Positions 14,000 to 25,997 of a stretch of 64,000 bases of DNA are shown here, piece by piece (position 1 is the first letter of the stretch; the number at the start of each line of letters is the position of its first letter). A program made the translations under genes and the position numbers. The notes under the pieces are model-generated. The model saw only the letters and a list, made by a program, of their open reading frames with translations. It was not told the DNA's origin and searched no databases. This DNA comes from Leucoraja ocellata (lineage: Eukaryota), in the NCBI GenBank assembly GCA_036785375.1, contig JAWMAR010000094.1, positions 1,364,001 to 1,428,000 of the forward strand, given 5' to 3'.

Positions 14000-14152
14000 T
14001 ATATCTCTCTATATCACCATCTATATCTCTCGTTCCCCTTTCCCTTGACTCTGTCTGAAGTAGTGTCTCGACCTGAAACGTCACCTATTCCTTTTCTTCA
14101 GAGATGCTGCCTGACCTGCCGAGTTACTCCAGCTTATTGTGTCTATTTTCAG
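14000..14152 (+). mobile_element. Penelope-type terminal repeat with degenerate hammerhead core
   Basis: ctgaagta..tctcgacctgaaacgtcacc followed by gagatgctgcctgacc..gagttactccagc. Confidence 0.7.
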
Positions 14153-15634
14153 ATTACGCCTGCTCTCACTATGCCGTCATGATAGCACAATTCTAAACGT
14201 TTTTTGTTTTGCTATCTTCCATGCTTGGGAACAAAAGCTTCTTTACAAATACATCTTTCACAATGCTTTGGATATCTCTATACTCTTTTGTCCTATCTTG
14301 TCCAGAACATTTAGAGTATTTGTCAAGTCCTTGCTCATGTCGTTAATTAAATTGAGTTTGTGAGGAGTGAAACAATGCCACGGTACTGAGCACAGGGAGG
14401 AAGTTCTACATATGATTTAAATTAAGCTAGGATACTGTATTTCATTAAGCTCTTTTTGAATCGCCACATTTTGAGAGATTTTAAGATATTGTAATGATCC
14501 TAAAAAAGAGCACCTCCCCCTCCCAACTTTAAAGGTCTAAGATTTGAGGAAATACTTTGGAACAAATATAATTTATTTGTCAAACTAACTCCTTACTGGT
14601 TTCATTCCCGTGACGGTAGGACTTGTAGGTCAGGAGCCTTTTGTTTTTTTGAGAAAATGATAGCGATGTGATTTATGATTCCATTCTTCACTTGTGCTAT
14701 ACTATATTTTGGTGATCCCCAAAAAAGATGAATGATTTAATGTCCAAGTAACCTTTTCAAATGATAACTGCTGCTGGATACCCAAGTCCTTGAAGGTTGC
14801 AGCTTGATTTATATTGCTATTTGTTGTAAATTCTAGTCATAAAACTATAGTGATCTGACTTGGTGTTATTTTTTAGATGAGATTTATAAACCAACACTGG
14901 AGTTAATCATTCATTGAAAAGATTCTGTTGACATTTCGCATTCTTGTAATAAAAATATATTTTCACTGGTCGAAATACGGTTAATATTTCAATCTTCCCT
15001 CATCAGCTAAAGGATCACTTTTACCAAAAAGAATGAAATATTTGTTCTCTGAAGTAGTTTGATAATAATCACGATATGCAAATTGGTCAAACCCCAAAAT
15101 AGTACAGGAAAAAAAACCCCTCCAATATATCCAGTTTGAAGTATTGAAACCTACTGAAGCCAGGACTGGGCAGTCTTATTATTAAACTACAGAAGCATTT
15201 AAAAAAAAAAAAAAAAAGGACCTTGTCAGACACCATCTGTTCAAGCTTGGTGAATTCAAACGTATTAGAAACAAAAAGTAAACACTGACTCTGTTCCAAG
15301 CTCCGACCCCTCAATTAAATTATCTGGAGACAGTAATCAGATTCTGTTCAAATGAATGGCATCTTTGAGTTTGCGTTAAGAATTTGTTAATGTGTAGCAG
15401 TTTCACATTTGGATCAACAGCAGTGCAGGTGCTTGAGAACTTTTATTTGAGCAATCTGTTGTCATGGCAGTTGAGATGGCTATACAGATTTACAGGATTT
15501 TCTGTGTATAAAAACAGCATTTAATTTAAGTTTTCACGAAGAGTGCTCAAAAAACTAGATGAATGATATGGGGCCATTTGAAATCTGAGCCCATGTGGAA
15601 CTACTTAATAGAAGATTGCTAATTCCAGTATCTA

Positions 15635-15800
15635 CATAATGTTTGGGACAAAGACCCGTCATTTATTTATTTGCCTCTGTACTCCACAATTTGAGATTTG
15701 TAATAGAAAAAAATCACATGAGGTTAAAGTACACGTTGTCAGATTTTATTAAAGGCCATTTTAATACATTTTGTTTTCATCATGTAGAAATTACAGCAGC
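15635..15800 (+). mobile_element. solo left-TIR fragment of the same Tc1 family
   Basis: cataatgtttgggacaaagacccgtcatttattt...catgtagaaattacagcag is near-identical to 1545-1710 and 29208-29368. Confidence 0.9.
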
Positions 15801-16589
15801 GCTCATGTTTTTCAGGAAATATAGCAAAGAAGTATTAAATTTTCCAGAACTAAGATAACATTACCAATACCATTCCTGAATCAGTGGTTCAATTTAACAT
15901 TTTTGCTGGCATTTAAAAAAAAAAACAGCATAATTATTTCATAATTTCTATATAGGAAGCACAAAATGTTGATTTTGTATAGAAAATCTCCCAGGAGAAT
16001 TGATTATTTTCTCATGGGGCTGGCTGCCCATTGATGTAAAAGCAGCTGAACTGGATGTTTCTAAATATTTGAATCTAAAATGAGATATTGTGTGGAAAAG
16101 TAACAGTGGTAACCTTGAAAAGGATCTTTCCTCCTCCATGCCTTGTTTTTTTCATTTGTATTTCTTTTTTTAAGGTTGGTTCTGTTTAAACCAAATTCTA
16201 CATGTTTAAGGTTGATGCTGTCTGAGACATGAACTAAACTAGTACTAGTAAACTAAATCAATAGATTGTTTGTTTATTAATGCTTGTTTCTGAATATGTT
16301 CTCCTGTTTACCCCCACACCCTTTTCTAATCAGTCTTCCCGCTTGATAAAAAATCTTGAGACCAGCTTCTTTGGCGCCAGCAATACTCAAGCAGAACCTC
16401 TGTCTCCCCCTGGCCCATACATGTTTGATCATCTTTGATGCTGCTATTTGAGTTCTATAGATTTAAAAAGATTACTTTCCTGCAGTAAAAAAATGACACT
16501 GCACTTAAGATCTGTGAATATATTTGGCATAAACATCGAAACATCAATGCATTCATCATCCATTATCCAAGGGGAATATGACATTGCGA

Positions 16590-16975
16590 CCCGAAGCGTC
16601 ACCTATCTATGTTATCCAGAGATGTTTCGTGACCTGCTGAGCTACTCCAGCACTTGGTGTCTTTTTTTGTAAATCAGTATCTACAGTTCCTTGTTCTAGG
16701 GAATATGAGGTGCTGTTCCTCTAGTTTGCATGTGGGATTCTGGCAATGGAGGAGGCCCAAGGCAGAAATGTCAGTGTGGGAACGGACATGTCCATGAAAT
16801 ATTTCATGTTTCACAGTTAAAATGGTTAGCTACCGGGAGATCTGGTAGGCCTTGGCCGACCCAGCACAGGTTTTTGGCAAAACAGCCGCCAGCTCTATGC
16901 TTGGAGTTACCACTGTAAAGGAGGCCACGTCAGAAACACTGGATACAGTAGATAGGTTAGAGGAGGTGAGTTTGT
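16590..16975 (-). mobile_element. Penelope-like element fragment with GIY-YIG endonuclease remnant
   Basis: Reverse strand of 16697-16975 gives a frameshifted TSSNL(I)YCIQC..GLLY(S)G..EEQHLIF pattern; a Penelope terminal repeat adjoins at 16590-16697. Confidence 0.7.
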
Positions 16976-17042
16976 CTGCTAATCTTGCACAAAATACCCC
17001 AGATTTTGGCCACATGTGCCGCAAATGGCGCTGTAGGTAGCT

Positions 17043-17264
17043 GGGACGACAGATGGCACAATGGGCTAAGTGTTCGGCTGGCGACCGGAAGGTAGCCGGT
17101 TCGAATCCCGCTTGGAGTGCATACTGTTGTGTCCTTGGGGCAAGACACTTCACCCACCTTTGCCTGTGTGTAATGTAATGTAATTATGTGAAGCACTTTG
17201 GGGTCAATGCAAGTTGACTGAAAATGTGCTATATAAATAAGATTATTATTATTATTATTATTAT
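17043..17264 (+). mobile_element. tRNA-derived SINE with CORE-like body and L2-type 3' tail
   Basis: A box TGGCACAATGG (17054-17064), B box GGTTCGAATCC (17098-17108), tgtgtccttggggcaagacactt body, tail gtgctatataaataag(ATT)n. Confidence 0.85.
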
Positions 17265-17808
17265 CTCATCTTGATTAGAATAATCTTTATGCAAGTAGAT
17301 TGGAGTCTTCTTGATTATTGTGGATGTGTTGTTCCGTGAATTGTATTGAATAGTCTCATTTGAAGGTGTTGATTCATGCTGATCCATGTGCCATAACCGC
17401 AATCTCACCCTCGGCTAATAAAAGATGCACACCTGCATTGGTCTCTAGAAAGGACACAGTCAAAATCTTTGTCGGGATTCATTGTTCTCGTTCTCCTGAA
17501 TCCACTAGAGTAAAAGCCAGTTCTGCAATCCCTCTAGTAGCAGAATAAATTGAGACCCTGCCAGAGATTAGAGAAATGTAGCACCATTGTATGTTGATTA
17601 GTACACCAATTGATGCATTTATTTGTCAAAATGTTTGAGAATTCTTAAATGCTTACTGTCTTTAGAAGATGTAAAGTAGGAATCGGTGCTGAAACAACCC
17701 AAGTTATTAAAAGGGTCGTTAGTTTAACATACTTAATTTCACAATGTAATTATCATTTTCCCCCGCTAAGTATTTATCACTTGATTTGATTTCCAAATTG
17801 CATGTTTA

Positions 17809-17951
17809 ATAGGCCCCCCTCGGTCATGACTGACCAAGGGTGATGCATCCTGGTTGGATGCAAGCCTGGGCAATGTCATATGGAGGACAGGCTGATGCCC
17901 ATGCAGCATGTTTCCCCCTTTCCACGTCGCTGATTGATCCAAAGGAACAGG
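17809..17951 (-). mobile_element. short non-autonomous RTE-derived element
   Basis: 13-bp TSD AATTGCATGTTTA (17796-17808, 17952-17964); 3' end shared with the RTE copy at 38491-38533. Confidence 0.8.
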
Positions 17952-18118
17952 AATTGCATGTTTAGAAATATTGGTATCAAAGAGCAGTGAAATGAATATT
18001 TAAATATAGCAGATCATGATAGCCACTTCATTGCTCTAAAGTAGAAAATGTTTCCTGAGGTGGTGAAAGGAACTGTGCACATTTCTTTCTTTGGTGCAAT
18101 CTTCACTCAAGCTTAAGA

Positions 18119-19885
18119 TAATAATAATAATAATACATTTTATTTGTATAGCGCTTTTCAAGGACTCAAAGTCGCTTAACATGGTGAGTCAAGAACAAAA
18201 CAAAATAGAGCAGTAAGACAGAGATGCGAAGGGGAGGGGGACAAGGCACTAAGGGTTTGTGGAGGTGAAGAGATGGGTCTTGAGGCGGGACTGGAAGATG
18301 GTGAGGGACTCAGAATTTCGGATCAATTGTGGGAGGGAGTTCCAGAGCCTGGGAGCTGCCGTGGAGAAGGCTCTGTCTCCAAAAGAGCAGAGGTTGGATT
18401 TCAGAATGGAGAGGAGACCAGCTGAAATGGATCTGAGGGACCGTGAGGGTTGGTAGGAGGTCAGTGAGATAAGAGAGGGGGGGGGGGGGGCAAGTGGTTG
18501 AGGGCTTTGTAGGTGAGGACCAGGATTTTGTAGATGATCCGGTGGGAAATGGGAAGCCAGTGAAGTTCTTTGAGGACTGGGGTGATGTGGTGCCAGGATT
18601 TGGTGTGGGTGATGAGTCGGGCGGCTGCATTTTGGACCAGTTGGAGTCGGTTGATGTTGCTGGAATTAATGCCAAAGAGAAGAGAGTTACAGTAGTCCAG
18701 TCGGGAGGAGATGAAGGCATGGATGAGTCTTTCAGCAGCGGGGGGTGTGAGAGAGGGTCTGATTTTGGCAATGTTGCGGAGGTGAAAAATGATTTTTTGA
18801 CAACATGGCGGATGTGAGGCTCAAGGGAGAGGGTTGAGTCAAAGATCACGCCAAGGTTGCAGGCCTGAGGAGATGGGGAGACAGTGGTGCCGTCAATAGT
18901 GAGAGTGGGGTTGTTAATTTTGGTAAGTGTTGATTTGGAGCCAATGAGGAGAAATTCTGTTTTGTTACTGTTTAATTTAAGGAAGTTGAGTTGCATCCAA
19001 GATTTGATGGCTGACAGGCAGGAGTTGATATGGGAGAGAGGGACTTGGTGCTGAGATAGATCTGGGTGTCATCAGCATAGCAATGGAAGTCCAGTTTGAA
19101 GTGACGGAGTATATGACCAAGGGGGGGGGATGTAGATGATGAAGAGGAGGGGACCGAGAACGGAGCCTTGGGGAACGCCTTGAGTGACAGTGGTTGTAGC
19201 AGAGGTGTGGTTGTGGAGAGAGATGAAGTGGGATCGGTTGGAAAGGTAGGAACGGAGCCAGCTGAGTGCAGAACCTTCAATGCCAAGGTCTTTAAGTCTG
19301 TTAAGCAGGATGTTATGGTTCACGGTATCGAAGGCCGCACTCGGGTCGATAAAGATGTTGAGGGAACCAGTGTCAGCAGAGGTGAGGAGGTCGTTGAGGA
19401 CTTTGAGGAGAGCAGTTTCTGTGCTATGGAGGGGGCGAAATCCAGATTGGAGGGGTTCTAATAGGTTATACGCGAGGAGGTGGGAATGAAGTTGTGACGC
19501 GATGATACGCTCCAGGGTTTTTGAAAGAAGGGGGGGGGGGTTTAAGATTGGGCGGTAGTTAATGAGAGAGGAGGGATCAAGACCAGGTTTCTTTAAGATT
19601 GGTGTGACAGCAGCAGTTTTGAAAGCAGAGGGGACAATTCCTTGGGACAATGAGGAGTTGAAGAGATTAATGAGGTAGGGGCAGAGAACGAGGAGGCAGG
19701 ACTTCAGCAGGGGAGTGGGGAGAGGGTCGAGGGAGCAGGTAGTGGGTTTGGAAGAGCTGATGAGTTTGGAGATTTCAGTAGGGGTGACCAGGTCAAACTG
19801 GGAGAGGAAGCAGTGTGGAGGAGGGGTAAGGAGGTCAGTGGAGATGTTGAAAGGAGGGGCCTTGGTAGGTGGTGGAGTAGATGCA
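18119..19885 (-). mobile_element. L2-clade LINE, 5'-truncated and frameshifted
   Basis: RT motifs NYRPI, QSGFRPLHSTETALLKV, GVPQGSVLGPLLF, YADDTQIY, NFLKLNSNKTE; 3' end aagcgctatacaaataaa with a (TAT)n tail. Confidence 0.95.
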
Positions 19886-20037
19886 AGATAGACACAAAAA
19901 GCTGGAGTAACTAAATGGGACAGGCATCATCTCTGGAGAGAAGGAATGGGTGACGTTTCGGATCAAGATCTTTCTTCAGACTGGCTTCTGGTAAACAATG
20001 TATATCAAGTGTGGAAGCCTCAGTGTCCTAATGGTAA

Positions 20038-20313
<276 letters not shown>

Positions 20314-21777
20314 TAGTAACCATCCCTTGAGGTTTATGATTCCTGATGCTTCATCCTTGAATCTTAGAGAAAAGATTCAATGGGGATATATTCAGTTAAG
20401 ATAGACACAAAATGCTGGGGTAACTCAGCGGGGTTGGCAGCACCTCTGGAGAGAAGGAATGGCTGATCTTTTGGGTCAAGACGTATCTTTAGACAGTCAA
20501 GGGTGAGTGAATCTAGTGACATTGAAGAGTACAGAGAAAATGTAAGTATGAAAAGGACAGATCAAAGCAGATGTTGATTAATTGAAATGTGGAATGGTTC
20601 ATTGAGCCTATCTGCTTTGTTCCAAGGAGAACAATCAGTTTCTCCTTGCCTTTCATTCTTGGTTTATTTGTAGGAGCACTTTGGGTATAGTGACAATGCT
20701 TCAGTGTAGTTTTGGGGAAAAAACAAGGTTGGCCTTCAAGAAAAGGCCTTAAACTGAGGGAAAGTGGATCTCAATAGTGAGGTATTGGATCTGGTGGAAG
20801 TAAATTTACACTGATTTCCAGAGGAGAAGACAACTTATGATAAGAGTTAAATAGCAAGATAATACGAGTTCAAAGTCAGCATATTCTTACAATGGCAAAG
20901 ATGCTAAGTTTGGGTAACTTTGAACAGAGGAAATTGAAGGTTTAATTGGATAAGATATTTTGCAGAGGGTTTGATCTGCGTCCAGTTTTCACAAGGTTCA
21001 TATTTCAGAGAAAGATTAAGGAATCCAGAGCACCATCTCGGAGTCAACATCACTGAAATGGATTGCCCATTTATCCTACGGCATTAAATGGGGTATAGCG
21101 TGCAAATTGGTGGCACAGAACCCTCTCTACAAAACGCAAATAATTGAAATGGAAAGTACTGGAAGCATTTAGTGAGTGTTATAATCTGTGAAAAGGAATG
21201 TTTCGAGTCGGTGACATTTCATCTGAGCTTAATTGTGTGTACCATAGGGGTATCTAAAGGACTTGATGTGTGATACAGATGCAGTTTTTATTTCCAGCCA
21301 CACTCTTTGACATGGAAATTGCAGTATTATTTCACAAAGGGGAGAGGAATTAGGACGATGTCCATGTACATCTCTTAGCAGGCAGACCATAAAGAATGAG
21401 AAACGGGAATATAAGTTGGTTTAGAACGCATCAGTAAATTTACCTGTTCGAAAATGTGTACTCAAATCCTAACTTTTCATTTAATGCTTGAATGGACACC
21501 AACTGATTAAAGTGGAATTAATATTTGTAGAACTTTCAGATGAAACTTTTTTTCATATCTGATTGTTAGAGATGGAATTTGATTTTGTTTTAATTTAACA
21601 TTTGTTTTGAACCTGGAAATTCTTAAACCTAAAAGTACATTCTGTGATTTGAAAGTAGCAATTTTTTGATAATTTAATGTATACATTTAGCGCATTCAGG
21701 ACCATTTTAGTGTCCACCTTCTAGAATATGATGCAGTGTCACTGCAAGCACAAGGTGGATGCCAGTAGGGAACTTAG

Positions 21778-21921
<144 letters not shown>

Positions 21922-22536
21922 TAACTACAAATCTATTGTAAATTAATCATGGTCATTTTTATTTTTGCTGCTTGGGCAAAATATTCTCTCTATCCCCGCT
22001 GCTTATGGTATCATTATTAATCAGTAACCTTAAATCTTTAATGATATTAAGCAAGATGCAACTTGTGTATATTGCTAACCGATGGCATCGTTGATGCACA
22101 AATATTATACTAGAAAATCATCATTAGTACTCTATAATTTATTAGGAAATGTTTCACCAGTAGTTGGCAAGCATTGGGGTTTTTCATTTGGTGATAATGT
22201 GATCTGCATGTACAAATTTGAATTGAAGCTTTCACAGGAATGTATTTATACCAATTCCTGAAAGGCTCCTGAAAGTGAGTAATTAATAATGGAAAATTAG
22301 AAGGTAGCTGAATTAAGATACAAGTATATATCTTGGTAAAGGTGGGAGTGGGAGAAGGGAACTTGAAAGCTTTAATCACTGGTAGTGGAGCTGGGCAAGT
22401 TGTTGGAGCTGAAGGCTGACGAGGCAAGTAATTAAGGGCACTCTCAGTTGGGGAAGTCAGAAATCAAGGCGTTCTTGATTGCTACTATTCAGTCCCCATA
22501 AGGTTAACTTTCTGAACACATGCATTCACCTGCACA

Positions 22537-23420
22537 CATGTTGGCCTTCATAACAAGAGGAGTTGAGTATAGGAGCAAAGATGTCCTTCTGCAGTTGTAT
22601 AGGGCCCTAGTGAGACCACTCCTGGAGTATTGTGTGCAGTTTTGGTCCCCTAATTTGAGGAAGGACATTCTTGTTATCGAGGGAGTGCAGCGTAGGTTTA
22701 CAAGGTTAATTCCTGAGATGGCGGACTGTCATATGCTGAGAGAATGCGAGCGGCTGGGCTTGTATACTCTGGAGTTTAGAAGGATGAGAGGGGATCTTAT
22801 TGAAACATATAAGATTATAAAGGGTTTGGACACGCTAGAGGCAGGAAACATGTTCTGAAGAAGAGTTTCGGCCCGAAATGTTGCCTATTTCCTTCGCTCC
22901 ATAGATGCTGCTGCACCCGCTGAGTTTCTCCAGCATTTTTGTGTACCAACATGTTCCAGATGTTGGGGGAGTCCAGAACCAGGGGCCAACACAGTATAAG
23001 AATAAGGCATAAGCCATTTAGAATGGAGCGCGGTGGAGGCCGGTTCTCTGGATACTTTCAAGAGAGAGCTAGATAAGGCTCTTAAAGATAGCAGAGTCGG
23101 GGGATATGGGGAGAAGGCAGGAACGGGGTTCTGATGATATGATATGATATGCCATTTATTGTCACTATACATGTACAATGAAATTAAAAGCTGCTTGTAC
23201 TCAGTGCATACATATAATTTAGTACAAAAAAACAAGAAACAGAAAAACAAAACAGAAGGGAGAAGGGGGGGGGGGGGATAGGTGCACAATTCTGCGGCGC
23301 TATATACATATATACAGATGGAAGTCCAGGTGTTGGGCTGTGAAGTCAGTGCAAGTCATTGGGGATGATCAGCTATGATCACATTGAATTGCGGTGCTGG
23401 CTCCTGCACCTATTGTCTAC
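22537..23420 (+). mobile_element. CR1-type LINE 3' fragment interrupted by two insertions
   Basis: ORF 22520..22858 (LYRALVRPLLEYCVQFWSP..VQRRFTRLIP); Penelope repeat inserted at 22855-22947 (TSD AACATGTT) and a Rex1-like 3'UTR on the minus strand at ~23133-23355. Confidence 0.92.
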
Positions 23421-25997
23421 TGCCATCCATAACCAGTCTATACAGGAAAAATGCTCTTTGACAACATATTAAACATGTATGAAAATGTCTCACAGAGAGA
23501 AAAATTGGTTGTCCATACCCAAAATACCTTGCCCTGCCCAGAAATGAGTGGAGAAAATGTGTTGTGCCCTTTTCAACTGGGATCAGTAGAAACTATGAAA
23601 TAGTGGGAAAAATCAAGAATTGCCTGGCCAAATCCCTGCGATCTACTTCACTGACCCTCCTGCGTCCAATATACAGAAGCAAGGTGTAGTCTTTGGCAGT
23701 ACAGTGAAGACTCTTTGACCCAAGACCATTGACAGGTAATGCAGATGAGCATTGCTTTATTGATTATGAAAGCTATGAATTGCAATAAATGTCTAATTGA
23801 AATGTCTAATTTGAAATTGAAATTGAAGGTATTGAATTAAACTGATTTCTTAACTATTTGGCTGGTCATCTCCATTAATATCGGATCTTGGATCTTGTGC
23901 CATGCCTAACATAACGCAGGGTCCAAAGGTATTCTTCTGCTGCACAACTGGATCCAGCCAGTGGAGAAATCTGACAGATTTAGCATCCAGAATCCTGGCT
24001 TTTCATATCCCACAAGCTTTGCATGGAAGAACTAGTACATGATGCATTTCAATGGCCGAATGCCAGTGGTTCTATTTCGTACTGCTTTATGAGCTAATAT
24101 TTGCTTACCAATTATATGTTGTTTCATTGAAGCAAGAGTAAGTGATACTGGGTCAGAATGTTTTGGATAGCAGTTATTCAAATTAGACAAGAACATTTTG
24201 TCAGTTACAACATTGATCTAGGTCAGTTTGATTAATGTTTCGTTAAATATAATTTAACTCAAGTTTACAATGATTTCTGGAAGACCAATGGCATGAGAGC
24301 AAATTTTTGGTTAATTTATCAATTATCTTATTGAGAACACTTGTTACAAATATTACTTATTTGTAAAATATTATGGTGTTTTCCAGGACATGATTAACAG
24401 TCAGTAAATTAATATTGGTTTATATTGAGCAAATTTTGAGTAGCATCATTGGAGAAAATGTGATTAAGTGGAGAATTTGTGAAGGGAATTTGTATGTAAC
24501 TGAGGAGACTAAAACATATGAAATAGTAGCGTAGCACGTATTTCAATTATGAATTATGTGGGCAGGTTTTATTGAGATCCTAGTTGCATGTGAAGCACGT
24601 ATCTTGTGCCATTTTGTATATCAGCATGAGATGGGGTGGCAATATAATGCAACAGTGGGCAATCTAAATGAACGGTAAACTTAGATTTCTTGCCAAACTT
24701 GCAATGTAGGTCTAAGAAAATCCTTGCCAATTATTTGGGCCTCTTGTAGGATTACCAAATATTTAAGTGAACATGAATTGAGAGGTTTCATCTAAAGTCA
24801 TTCATCCCTCCATGTGAAACTGTTTGAAAGGTTTGACCCCTGGAGAAAATAAATAATATTGTTTTGTTCCTGAAAATAACAATAAAAATAGATAGTGGTA
24901 AAGATGTTATATGGTATGCTTGACACAGCATCCTCCCTCTGTCATTCACCCCACCCTCTCTCACACACACCCAAGTCCCATCAGTTCATGCTTCTTGGCG
25001 AAGTTTAAAAAATATAACCTTCTGCCCCTCCAACCACTTCATCCTTGAGTTCACTTACACAAGGCTCACTGCTTCTGTTCCTCCTCACTACCACCTCAAC
25101 AATGTCGCTCAATATCTTGTTATGTGGAATGAAGAAGCAGAGACTGACGTTTAAGAGATGCGGTTTGTTTTGTTGAATTGCAGCTGCTTATTCAAACTAA
25201 AATAATATCGCCATTAAATTCTTAACTTCTGTCAGCAACATTTGGCTGCTTGTCATTTTGTTTCAAATTTATAACTGGAAGCCAATCCAGTAGCATTTTC
25301 CTCTTGAAAAGTCCTCGTATATAGATTGTAGACTATGCATGTCAGAATGTGAAAGGAACAGACCACTTAAAATGCTATTTCAAGATTACACTAGCCAATT
25401 ATTAGTTCAAGGTCAATTTTTCATTATATTATATATGAGGGTGTATGACCTTAAAAGAGGCTGAATAAATTCTGGCTGGTCGAGTCCACTTCAAAGCCCT
25501 GTTTCACCAAAAGTTTATACTTGGCTGGTCACTGCTTTAATTCTAAAGGAAACCATCTGGTATTAGACTGTCTACATGTAGTGTACAAGATATTAAATGG
25601 TTCAAGTATCTTTACACATTGGGCTTCTTTAAAGAAACAACAAAAAAAACTTGCATGTTTCAATACCATTGGAGATCTTCTGATATAGAATACGTGTGAA
25701 TATCGTAGAGAAAATTAAGTTTTACCATACTGCAAAATAGATCAAGTTTGGAAAGAATTACATTTTTGAGTAGTTGAACAGCTGGTCATGAGCAAGATTT
25801 CTGTATTGTATTGAGAATTTTGACATTGCGGCAATAGCTGCAGTAAACATCAAACAAGGCATTAAATTGTAGTGGTTGAGGGAAAACTGATAAATTGTGA
25901 TGAACATGGTATTGGTCAAAGTTTGGATTGAGGGCCCTCCAATAAGCAGGAAAGGCACTTGGACTGCACAGTGCTATCGCAGTATCTCATCTTAATA

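Noticed and set aside
17043-17115. tRNA gene
   Set aside because: A/B boxes continue into a SINE body and LINE-type tail; no complete cloverleaf or oligo-T terminator. The same applies at 48611.
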